Source: an uncultured Myxococcales bacterium (lineage in GTDB: Bacteria > Myxococcota_A > Polyangia > JAAYKL01). From it: 64,000 nucleotides of DNA. The stretch's first letter is position 1. Each line of letters starts with the position of its first letter. The notes beneath the pieces are model-generated. The model made no database searches, was not told where the DNA came from, and was given only the letters and a program-made list of their open reading frames with translations. Location of the stretch: contig CAZHCG010000002.1 in assembly GCA_964530995.1 (NCBI GenBank), positions 23,558 to 87,557 of the forward strand, written 5' to 3'. Made by a program: the position numbers and the translations under genes. Below are positions 18,718-26,447 of this stretch, piece after piece.

Positions 18718-18975
18718 ATGGCGAGCGTCAAGACAGCGATCTCCGTGCCGCGCGAAATCTTCGAGCAGGCAGATCTTCTCGCCGAGGAGCTGGGGATCTC
18801 TCGCAGCCGCGTCTTCGCGCTGGCGGTGAAGAGGCTGGCCCGCCTGTTGGAGAACCGTCGGTTGCTCGAGGAGATCAACGCAGCCCACGTCGACGGCGAA
18901 AGAGGCGAAAGCGAAAAGCGGCTCCGCGAAGCGATGCGCGACAAGCACCGCTTATTGTTGCGGGAACAATGGTAG
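18718..18975 (+). CDS. mazE: Type II antitoxin, MazE/ribbon-helix-helix-like
   Basis: 85 aa from the internal Met (MASVKTAISVPREIFEQADLLAEELGISRSRVFALAVKRL). Overlaps mazF by 7 nt. The ORF-track N-terminal extension is the AT-rich operator. Confidence 0.65.
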   Translation: MASVKTAISVPREIFEQADLLAEELGISRSRVFALAVKRLARLLENRRLLEEINAAHVDGERGESEKRLREAMRDKHRLLLREQW

Positions 18976-19328
18976 CCAGGCAGGGGGATATCTTCTGGAT
19001 AGATCTCGGTCGCCCGTCCGGGTCGGGTCCGGGCTACAGGCATCCGCATGTCGTGATTCAAAACGATCTGTTCAACAAGAGCGGGATTAGAACAGTGGTG
19101 GTCTGCGCCCTGACCACGAGCAGGAGGCTCGCCGCCTCGCCGGGAAACGTGCCGCTGAAGAAGAAGACGGCCAACCTGCCCAGGAGCTGCACGGTCAACG
19201 TCTCGCAGATCTTCACCGTGGACAGACGAGACCTTGTGGAGAAGATCGGCACCCTCTCTTCCGAGACGGTGCGCCGTATTCTGGACGGAGTCCGCCTTTT
19301 GACCGAGCCGCGGGACGTGGAGCCGTAG
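18969..19328 (+). CDS. mazF: MazF/PemK-family endoribonuclease toxin
   Basis: 119 aa. RGDIFWIDLG...GYRHPHVVIQND...RTVVVCALTTS matches the PemK/MazF fold. Confidence 0.8.
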   Translation: MVARQGDIFWIDLGRPSGSGPGYRHPHVVIQNDLFNKSGIRTVVVCALTTSRRLAASPGNVPLKKKTANLPRSCTVNVSQIFTVDRRDLVEKIGTLSSETVRRILDGVRLLTEPRDVEP

Positions 19329-19366
19329 CCGCTCGTTTCGCGGAGCGCTCGAACGCGATGCCCTTT

Positions 19367-19395
19367 TTTACAGGACGATCGCGCCTGGCTATAAT
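19367..19395 (+). promoter_or_regulatory. Near-consensus sigma70 promoter (TTTACA - 17 nt - TATAAT) giving a near-leaderless MNT-HepT transcript
   Basis: A perfect TATAAT 7-8 nt upstream of the ATG at 19402. Preceded by a GC-rich dyad plus T-run (possible mazF terminator). Confidence 0.45.
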
Positions 19396-19401
19396 CGAGG
19401 T

Positions 19402-19857
19402 ATGAGCTTCACCGAGCAGATGGCGCTGCTGCCGCGACCGGTGGCCGGAGCGGTCGAGGAGATGGTCGCGCGGGACGAGGTCGACCTCGTGCTCCTCTTC
19501 GGCTCGAGAGCGCGCGGAGAGCACGGTCCGATGAGCGACGTCGACCTCGCGGTGCGGACGAACGAGAACGTCGAGAACATTCACGATTGGAAGCTCGCGA
19601 CTCTGGCGCGACTGGCCGGACCCGTCCAGAGCGTAGACCTCGTGCTCCTCGAGCAGGCCTCCCCGGCCCTGCGCTACCGCGTCGCCCGGGACGGCCTCCC
19701 CCTGTGGACGCGGGACGAGCGCGCGCTCCACGCCTTTCGTTTCGAAGCCGTGCGCGACTGGCTCGACTTCGAGCCGGTGACGCGCGCCCACAACGCCGCC
19801 CTGGCCCGGCGAATCGCCGACGGGACCTTCGGAAAGGGGGAGCCGCGCGATGGTTGA
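19402..19857 (+). CDS. Nucleotidyltransferase (MNT-type antitoxin of a HepT/MNT pair)
   Basis: Pol-beta-type NTase motif LFGSRARGEHGPMSDVDLAV. Overlaps the downstream HEPN gene by 8 nt. Confidence 0.8.
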   Translation: MSFTEQMALLPRPVAGAVEEMVARDEVDLVLLFGSRARGEHGPMSDVDLAVRTNENVENIHDWKLATLARLAGPVQSVDLVLLEQASPALRYRVARDGLPLWTRDERALHAFRFEAVRDWLDFEPVTRAHNAALARRIADGTFGKGEPRDG

Positions 19858-20287
19858 TCCCGAGGTGATCCGCACCCGGATCGAGCACGCCGAGGAAGCG
19901 CTGCGCCGCCTGGCTGTCGTCCGCGCTCGTGGGCGTGAGGCCTTCCTCGCGAGTTGGGAGAATCGCGACATCGCCGAGCGGAACCTGCAAACGTTGATCC
20001 AGGCCGTGATCGACGTGGGCAACCACATCGTCACGGACGCCGGCTTGGGCGCTCCGGTACGCTACACCGACATCCTCGAGAAGATGTCGCGGGCCGGGGT
20101 GATCGCCGGCGACCTGGCGAGCCGGCTCGTGCCGGTCCTGGGCATGCGAAACGTGCTCGTCCACGAGTACGTCAAGCTCGAAGCCCAGAAGGTGTGGGAC
20201 GCGATCGCCGACACCTCGGCCATCGAGGAGATCATCGCCGCGGTGGCCGAGAGATGCCTGGCGCCCGGGGGTAAGGCGACATCCTGA
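19850..20287 (+). CDS. HepT-like HEPN RNase toxin (DUF86)
   Basis: 145 aa with the HEPN R-x4-HxY motif (RNVLVHEY) near the C-terminus. Confidence 0.8.
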   Translation: MVDPEVIRTRIEHAEEALRRLAVVRARGREAFLASWENRDIAERNLQTLIQAVIDVGNHIVTDAGLGAPVRYTDILEKMSRAGVIAGDLASRLVPVLGMRNVLVHEYVKLEAQKVWDAIADTSAIEEIIAAVAERCLAPGGKATS

Positions 20288-20301
20288 GGTATTCGTCGAG
20301 G

Positions 20302-20517
20302 ATGAGAACCACGCTGAACATCGACGACGCCCTTCTCGCACAGGCGAGTAGCCTCACCGGGATCTCCGAGAAGACCGCGCTCGTGCGCGCGGGCCTCGAG
20401 GCGCTCGTCGAGCGCGAGAACGCCCGGCGCCTGACGCGGCTCGGCGGAAACGCGACGAGGCCTCCTGAAAATCGACCTTGCATCGCCGGCCCGGCAACGT
20501 GTAGCTTTTCGGCCTGA
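20302..20517 (+). CDS. Orphan VapB-like ribbon-helix-helix antitoxin / putative transcriptional regulator
   Basis: 71 aa. MRTTLNIDDALLAQASSLTG is a typical RHH N-terminus of VapB antitoxins. There is no PIN toxin downstream; the next gene is the 989-aa ORF 44 nt away. Confidence 0.6.
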   Translation: MRTTLNIDDALLAQASSLTGISEKTALVRAGLEALVERENARRLTRLGGNATRPPENRPCIAGPATCSFSA

Positions 20518-20561
20518 ATCTGGGTGGCCTCGGGCGTTACTCGATCGAGCTTGCGTGTTCA

Positions 20562-23531
20562 ATGGGAAGAAGAAAGAGAAAACGCAAGAAGCGTAGCGGT
20601 GGCGGCGGCGCGGCGGCGATCGGCGAGCTGGGAACCTCGGCGGAGGAAGCGGCGCGCGTCGAGGATCTCTTCCGCGGCGGCGCTTTCAGGGAGGCCCTCT
20701 CGCGAGCCAAGGCGCTGCACCGGCGCGACCGTACGGACGAGACCGAGGATCTCGTCGCCCGGGCCTACTCGGCGCGCGCCGACGCGATGATCGCCTCGGG
20801 GATGAGAGTCGAGGCGAAGGCCCTGCTCGACGTGGTCGAGAGCGATTTTCCCCGGCACCGCGAGATCGCGCTCCGCGGCCGGGCCTGCCTGGCGGCTTTG
20901 ACAGGGAAGGTCGACGCCCTGCTCGCTCCCCTGGCCCGCGACGATTTTCCAGAGGAGAAGCGGCGCGAGATCGAGGACGACATCCGGCGCTTCGTGGTCG
21001 ATCCGCGGCAGGTGGCCGGGTGCGGGGTTCTGAGCCGCGAGCACCCGCTGCGCCTCGCCGCCGGCGAGCTGTCCGCGGCGCTGGAGGCGGCGACGAGCGG
21101 GCCGGTCGGAGAGGAGGAGCTGGCCTGTCCGAGCGTGTCCCGCCGCAGCCCGCTGGCGCCCTGGAAGCTGCTCGCCCGCGCGATCGCCGCCTTCTACCGG
21201 CGCGACGACGCTGCGTGCGAGGAGCTGATCGGGGCGCTGCCGCCCGAATGCGCGCCCGCCGCGATCGCTCCGGCTTTCGGCGTCCTACTCGGCGGAGCGC
21301 GGCCGCGAATCGCCACGCCGCCGGTCGTGGCGCTGGTCGACGCCGTGCTCGGCGAGCGCGCTCGGCTGCGCGACGCCCTCGCCGCCGTGGACGAAACCAT
21401 CGCCGCGGGCAAGCGCCGGAAAGTGGGGCGGGTGGTCGGAGCGGCGATGAAGGAGTGCGAGCGGAGAGCGCCCGAGCTGGCACGGCGCCTCGCACAGCGG
21501 ATCGCGGCGCGGTGCTTGCTGGCGTACGTCCCGTTCGGTCATGTCCGCCGAGCGCTAGGCGGTAGAATAACGGTCGATTCCGATTTCTGGCGGCTGTTCG
21601 TGCGCACCAACGAGATCCTGGCCGAGCGCCACGGCGAGGCCGTATCGCTGTGCAACGCCTGCGCAGGCCTGGAGGAGCTCCGCAGGCACTCCCAGGCCGA
21701 GGGCCGGTTCTCGAAGGGCGGTCCAGAGGAAGCGACCCTCTATCTGCGCATGATCGACCTGCTCGATTGGCCACCCGACGCCGTCGTCGAGGAGGCGCGC
21801 GCCGTGTTCGAGGCGGAAGGGGGTGGGGATGGCCTGGCCCATCTCTACGAGGGCCAACCACCTGAAATCCGGGCGCGCTCTTCGCTGGTGGACGGATGTG
21901 ATTCGTACTTCCTCTACCCGGAGCTAATCTGGGAACGCGCGTGCCGCGCCGATCCGGATCCCGAGATTTTTTGCCGCAGGTTGGAGTGGACAGCGGCCAG
22001 GAACGGGGACTGGAGAGCGCTGGACGAGATTGCGCTCGCCTGGCGCGACGCCGCACCCGACGACGTGCGACCGCTCCTCCATCTGGCGCGCTCCGCCGAA
22101 AAGCGGGGCTCGCTGAACAAGGCGCTCGGACATGTCGAGCGCGCGGAGACGATCGAACCCAACCGAGGCGACGTGCAAAGGGCGCGGAGACGGCTGCTCA
22201 CGGCTACGGCGCGGCGACACCTGACGCAACGCAAGCTGCACCTGGTCGAGCGCGACCTCGACCGCCTGGGGCGACTGCCCGGCGCGGAAGAAGCCGGGAG
22301 ACGCGCGATGACAACGGCGCTGCGCTTTTGCAAGCACATCCTGTCGGGCGATATCGAGAGCGCGCGGAGCGGACTGGTCGCTCTGTACGAGCTGCTGGGC
22401 GATGAGCTGGCAGCCGGGGCGCTGTGCGAGGCGACGGCCGAGCCGGACGGCGCGCTCCTCTCCGCGGCCGGAAATCTCCTGCCGGACGCGCCCGCTCTCC
22501 TAGCTCCCGGCTCGATTGCGCTGGCGGCCGCGCGGGTCTGTGGGATCGGGGAGGATCACGAGACTCCGCTGGGCCCGCCCCGGCAGTGGAGGAGGAGAAT
22601 TCTCGACGATCTGGCCGCCGGATCGGGCGCGCTGGGAGCCGCCGAGCTGGCGGCTCTCGCCCGAGCCGCAACGCGCGCGCGCCAGTACGATTTGGCCTAC
22701 GCGGCTTCGGGTGCCGGATTGGCCCTCGGACCGCCGCACACGGCGCGTTTCTTGCTGCTGCGGGCCAATAGCCTGCCGCCATCGAGGTGGCTGCGGATCT
22801 TGATGTGCCTGCGGGCCGCGCTCGGTCTGGCCCGCAGACAGGGCGACAACCAGCTCGTCGCCGAGATCTTGACCGCCCACCGCGAGAGCGGGCGCCGAAC
22901 GAGGAGCCCTGCGTCGCCGCCGGGAGGCGGCGTGCTGGAAGAGCTGGATTTCTCCCGGACGGACGAGGTTGTCCTGCGGGAGCGGGAGGCGGCCTCAAGG
23001 CCCTCGTCGACAGGCTACGATCCGACGGACTCCTGGTGGACCGAGGAGCTGGCGCCGTGCGACTGCCCTGCCTGCCGGCGCGCGCGGGGGGAGCCGCCAT
23101 TGCCGCAGCAAGAGGAGTTCGAGGACGTTTTCGACCAGGGGGACGAGGAAGATTCGGTCATCGATTCGTTGGATTCGCTGGGCGAGATCCTGATGTCCCA
23201 GCTAAACATGCCCCCGGAGATGCTGCACGAGTTCGTCGAGGAGATGATCGACCGCGAGGGCAACCCCATGCCCGACCTGCCACCTCGGCTGGCTGCCTGC
23301 ATGCTCGAGATCGCGATTCGCTTCGGCCCCCGGATGATGGAGAATCCCGACCTGGAAGAGCTGAAAAAACGAGCTCCCGATCTCCACAGGCGCCTGGGCG
23401 AGGCGATACGCCAGACCGAGGCTTCCGGAGAGCTTCCGACCATTTGGTCCGAATCGACAGGACGCAAGAAGAGAAAAGACAAGAAGAAAAAGAACGGAAA
23501 AAAGAAAAAGAGAAAGAGCCGCCGTCGATAA
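20562..23531 (+). CDS. Large (989 aa) predicted all-helical hypothetical protein with polybasic N- and C-terminal tails
   Basis: A long uninterrupted ORF with no competing gene on either strand, 27 nt upstream of the J-like gene. N-terminus MGRRKRKRKKRSGGGG; C-terminus RKKRKDKKKKNGKKKKRKSRRR preceded by an acidic stretch. A CDCPACRRARGE Cys knuckle is present. No known catalytic motif recognised. Confidence 0.6.
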   Translation: MGRRKRKRKKRSGGGGAAAIGELGTSAEEAARVEDLFRGGAFREALSRAKALHRRDRTDETEDLVARAYSARADAMIASGMRVEAKALLDVVESDFPRHREIALRGRACLAALTGKVDALLAPLARDDFPEEKRREIEDDIRRFVVDPRQVAGCGVLSREHPLRLAAGELSAALEAATSGPVGEEELACPSVSRRSPLAPWKLLARAIAAFYRRDDAACEELIGALPPECAPAAIAPAFGVLLGGARPRIATPPVVALVDAVLGERARLRDALAAVDETIAAGKRRKVGRVVGAAMKECERRAPELARRLAQRIAARCLLAYVPFGHVRRALGGRITVDSDFWRLFVRTNEILAERHGEAVSLCNACAGLEELRRHSQAEGRFSKGGPEEATLYLRMIDLLDWPPDAVVEEARAVFEAEGGGDGLAHLYEGQPPEIRARSSLVDGCDSYFLYPELIWERACRADPDPEIFCRRLEWTAARNGDWRALDEIALAWRDAAPDDVRPLLHLARSAEKRGSLNKALGHVERAETIEPNRGDVQRARRRLLTATARRHLTQRKLHLVERDLDRLGRLPGAEEAGRRAMTTALRFCKHILSGDIESARSGLVALYELLGDELAAGALCEATAEPDGALLSAAGNLLPDAPALLAPGSIALAAARVCGIGEDHETPLGPPRQWRRRILDDLAAGSGALGAAELAALARAATRARQYDLAYAASGAGLALGPPHTARFLLLRANSLPPSRWLRILMCLRAALGLARRQGDNQLVAEILTAHRESGRRTRSPASPPGGGVLEELDFSRTDEVVLREREAASRPSSTGYDPTDSWWTEELAPCDCPACRRARGEPPLPQQEEFEDVFDQGDEEDSVIDSLDSLGEILMSQLNMPPEMLHEFVEEMIDREGNPMPDLPPRLAACMLEIAIRFGPRMMENPDLEELKKRAPDLHRRLGEAIRQTEASGELPTIWSESTGRKKRKDKKKKNGKKKKRKSRRR

Positions 23532-23558
23532 CGCGGAGGATCACCGAGGTCGAAACAG

Positions 23559-23867
23559 ATGGACGAGCATGTCGAAAACGACGATCCCTGGGCCGTTCTG
23601 GGAGTAGGGCACGACGCCACATCTGACGAGATACGCGGCGCCTACCTGGATTGTGTACGGCGCAACCCGCCCGAAGGGAACCCCGAAGCGTTCGAGCGGA
23701 TTCGCGACGCCTACGAGGCCATCTCCGATCCTCGCCGACGGATCGAGCGTCTGCTGCTCGCGGACGATCCGGAAAGACCGCTGGCGGCCCTGCTCGACGA
23801 TCTGCCGGCCGAGCGCCGCTTCGTCGGTCTCGGCCCCTGGCTGGCTGTCATCGCGAAAGGAAAATAG
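23559..23867 (+). CDS. J-like domain protein lacking the HPD motif
   Basis: 102 aa. DPWAVLGV...SDEIRGAYLDCVRRNPPEGNPEAFERIRDAYEAISDPRRR aligns to J-domain helices I-IV, but HPD is replaced by NPP. There is no G/F region, zinc finger or C-terminal substrate-binding domain. Confidence 0.6.
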   Translation: MDEHVENDDPWAVLGVGHDATSDEIRGAYLDCVRRNPPEGNPEAFERIRDAYEAISDPRRRIERLLLADDPERPLAALLDDLPAERRFVGLGPWLAVIAKGK

Positions 23868-23871
23868 GGAA

Positions 23872-24657
23872 ATGGAGGGCGAACAGCGGGACAGAGTCGA
23901 CCAGACGGCCTCTCGCGTGGCGGAGTGGGTCCGTGCTGTCCTCGCCGACGAGGCACCGCCGGCCGGTGTCGCCCCCGAGATCCTATCGGCTGCCGAGAGA
24001 AACGGGGGCAAGGGCGCGGAAAAGGGCGGCGGTTACGATCTGCACTCGCTGTGGTCGGCGCTGACGACCCTGGCCCGGGAGATCGGCCTCCAGGGGCGAT
24101 CGTTCGACCGACTCCGCGGCGACCTCTCCTCCGTGGCAGGACTTTCCGAGCGCGTGGACGCCGCGCTCGCCGCCTGCCGTGAGAACCCTACCGGAGCACA
24201 CGCCGGCCGCGAGGGCGAAGCGCACGAGTCGGTCCGGCGGGAGATGGTCGAGATACTGATCGATCTGCGCGAGCGGCTCGATCGGAGCCAGAACACGGCG
24301 CGGCGCGGGCTGGCTGCGGCGCGGGAGTCGGTCGCGTCCTCGTGGGTGCTGCGCGCGTTCGGCACGCGCGCCGCCGGACAAACGATCGAGGCGGCCGAGG
24401 CGATTGCCGACGGCGATCTGCTGGGCCTGGAGCGGATCGAGGAGCTGTTGCGCGAGTGGGGCGTGACCCGGTCGAAGTGCGAGGGGCGGCCTTTCGATCC
24501 CGCACGCATGCGAGCGGTGGAGATCGTGAGGACGGACGCCGAACCGGAAGGCCGGGTGCTCGGAGTCGTCCGCAACGGGTACGAGTGGCGGGGTCGGGTG
24601 ATCCGGCACGCCGAAGTCGAGGTCGCCAGGCGGGAGACAGAGGGAGAAGAACGATGA
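23872..24657 (+). CDS. Divergent GrpE-like nucleotide-exchange factor
   Basis: 261 aa. The C-terminal beta-domain matches GrpE (FDPARMRAVEIVRTD...GVVRNGYEWRGRVIRHAEVEVAR), after a long helical region. Its stop overlaps the Hsp70 start (ATGA). Confidence 0.65.
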   Translation: MEGEQRDRVDQTASRVAEWVRAVLADEAPPAGVAPEILSAAERNGGKGAEKGGGYDLHSLWSALTTLAREIGLQGRSFDRLRGDLSSVAGLSERVDAALAACRENPTGAHAGREGEAHESVRREMVEILIDLRERLDRSQNTARRGLAAARESVASSWVLRAFGTRAAGQTIEAAEAIADGDLLGLERIEELLREWGVTRSKCEGRPFDPARMRAVEIVRTDAEPEGRVLGVVRNGYEWRGRVIRHAEVEVARRETEGEER

Positions 24658-26447
24658 GCGGTGAGACGACGGCAGGTATCGATCTGGGTACGAGCAACTC
24701 GGAGATCGCGATGTTCGACGGAGACCGGGTGCGGGTGCTCGCTGCGGACGGCGAGGAGATGCTGCCTTCCTGCGTGGGGCTGTCCGCCTCCGGTGAGCTG
24801 CTCGTCGGCGCGCCGGCGCGCAACCAGCACTTGCTCTACCCGGAGCGCACCGCGCGTGGAATAAAGCGGATGATGGGCACGGAAGACGAGATCGAGCTGG
24901 GCGATCGCCGCTTCAGCCCCCAGGAACTCTCCGCCCTCTTGCTGCGCGAGCTGGTCGAGCGGGCCGCGCGCGAGTTGGGGAGCGCCCCTCGGCGGGCCGT
25001 GATCACGGTGCCGGCCTACTTCTCCGACGCCCAGCGGCAGGCCACTCGCGAGGCCGGGGCGCTGGCCGGCCTGGAGGTCGAGCGCATACTCAACGAGCCC
25101 ACCGCAGCCTGTCTGGCCTACGGCCGCGGGGGCGCCGGTGAGACCGTGATGGCTTACGATCTCGGCGGCGGAACGCTGGACGTCTCGCTGGTGCGCCTGG
25201 AGGGCAACGTGACCGAGGTGCTCGCTAGCCACGGCGACAACCGGCTCGGCGGAGACGATTTCACCCAGATCCTGTTCAATCGCCTCGCAGACGTCTTTGC
25301 CGAAGAGCACGGCATGGATCTCCGCCGCGGCGATCCGGCCGCCCGTTCCCGCCTGTGGTGGGCGGCGGAGGCGGCCAAGCGCAGGCTCAGCGAGGAGCCC
25401 TACGCCGAGATCAGGGAAGACGGGCTCGGCCAGCGCGACGGCAAGCCGCTGCACCTCGAGCTGGAGATCGGCAAAAACGAGTACGACGAGATGATCCGCC
25501 CGCTGGTGGAAAAGACGATGGAAAGCGTGACCCGGGCGATGGACGACTCCGGGGTCGGGGCTCGCGAGCTGGACGCCGTGCTGCTCGTCGGCGGCTCGAC
25601 ACGGACCCCGTTGGTTCGTGAACTGCTGCAAAATCGCCTCGAGCTCGAACCACACGAAGAAATCCACCCCGATCTGTGTGTGGCGCTGGGCGCGGGTGTG
25701 CTGGCCTCGAGAATCGACGGGCGGGAGGTCTCGAATGTGCTCGTGGACGTCTCGCCGTACTCGTTCGGCATCTCGTTCCTCGGCGAGCGGGGGGGCGCCC
25801 CCTACCCCTACTGCTACAGGCCGATCATCCGCGCCAACTCGGCGCTTCCGGTCACACGCACCGAACGCTATACGACCGCAACCCCCTATCAGCGCGAGGC
25901 CCGCATCGACGTCTTCCAGGGAGAAGACGCGGACGCGCTGCGCAACATCCCGGTGGGATCGTTCACCGTCGAGGATCTGAACCCCAGGGAGGACCCCAAC
26001 GAAATCCTGTGCAAGATGAGGTTGGATCTCGACGGAATGCTGAACGTCTCCGCGATCGAGAAGGAGACCGGACACGCCAAGCACGTCGCGATAGACGGCG
26101 CGCTGGCCCGCAAGAGCGAAGCGGAGATCGAAGCGGCCCGGGAGCGGCTGGAGACCCTTTTTGGCGACCGCGTCGGAGAGGGAGAAACCGCTGGAGCGGC
26201 GCCCGAGGACGCCTCCGGGCGAGACGGCTCGTCGGCGAGCCCGGACTGGCGCGAGGCAGTGGCACGTTCCGATGCGCTGGTCGGACGCTCGCAACGTCTG
26301 CTCGAGAAGATGCACGCCGAAGACAAGGAGGAGGCGATCGACCTCCACGAGGCGATTCGCCACGCGGTCGAGTCCGGCGACGAGGCCGCCCTGAGCGCTG
26401 CGGTGCGGGAGCTGGAGGATCTCGTGTTCTTCGTGGAGGGCAGATGA
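24654..26447 (+). CDS. Hsp70-family chaperone (DnaK paralog, 598 aa)
   Basis: GIDLGTSNS, DLGGGTLDVS and VLLVGGSTRTPLV NBD motifs, plus a substrate-binding domain (VLVDVSPYSFGISFLGE) and helical lid. Start verified at the ATG overlapping the GrpE-like stop. Shorter than canonical DnaK and not in a dnaK-dnaJ context. Confidence 0.85.
   Translation: MSGETTAGIDLGTSNSEIAMFDGDRVRVLAADGEEMLPSCVGLSASGELLVGAPARNQHLLYPERTARGIKRMMGTEDEIELGDRRFSPQELSALLLRELVERAARELGSAPRRAVITVPAYFSDAQRQATREAGALAGLEVERILNEPTAACLAYGRGGAGETVMAYDLGGGTLDVSLVRLEGNVTEVLASHGDNRLGGDDFTQILFNRLADVFAEEHGMDLRRGDPAARSRLWWAAEAAKRRLSEEPYAEIREDGLGQRDGKPLHLELEIGKNEYDEMIRPLVEKTMESVTRAMDDSGVGARELDAVLLVGGSTRTPLVRELLQNRLELEPHEEIHPDLCVALGAGVLASRIDGREVSNVLVDVSPYSFGISFLGERGGAPYPYCYRPIIRANSALPVTRTERYTTATPYQREARIDVFQGEDADALRNIPVGSFTVEDLNPREDPNEILCKMRLDLDGMLNVSAIEKETGHAKHVAIDGALARKSEAEIEAARERLETLFGDRVGEGETAGAAPEDASGRDGSSASPDWREAVARSDALVGRSQRLLEKMHAEDKEEAIDLHEAIRHAVESGDEAALSAAVRELEDLVFFVEGR

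Noticed and set aside
20686-22056. ORF 20686..22056 (-) 456 aa and other minus-strand ORFs across 20.5-23.6 kb
   Set aside because: Antisense to the 989-aa gene with low-complexity Arg/Pro/Ala composition. The + strand ORF is uninterrupted for 2.97 kb and tightly linked to the chaperone genes.
23559-23867. Calling 23559..23867 a canonical DnaJ
   Set aside because: HPD is replaced by NPP, and the G/F, zinc-finger and C-terminal domains are absent. It is kept as J-like only.
24033-26363. ORF 24033..26363 (-) 776 aa antisense to Hsp70, and 25676..26728 (+) upstream extension of the Zn-ribbon ORF
   Set aside because: Hsp70 motifs are unambiguous on the + strand. Only the last 94 codons of 25676..26728 (from the ATG at 26444, coupled to the Hsp70 stop) look genuine.
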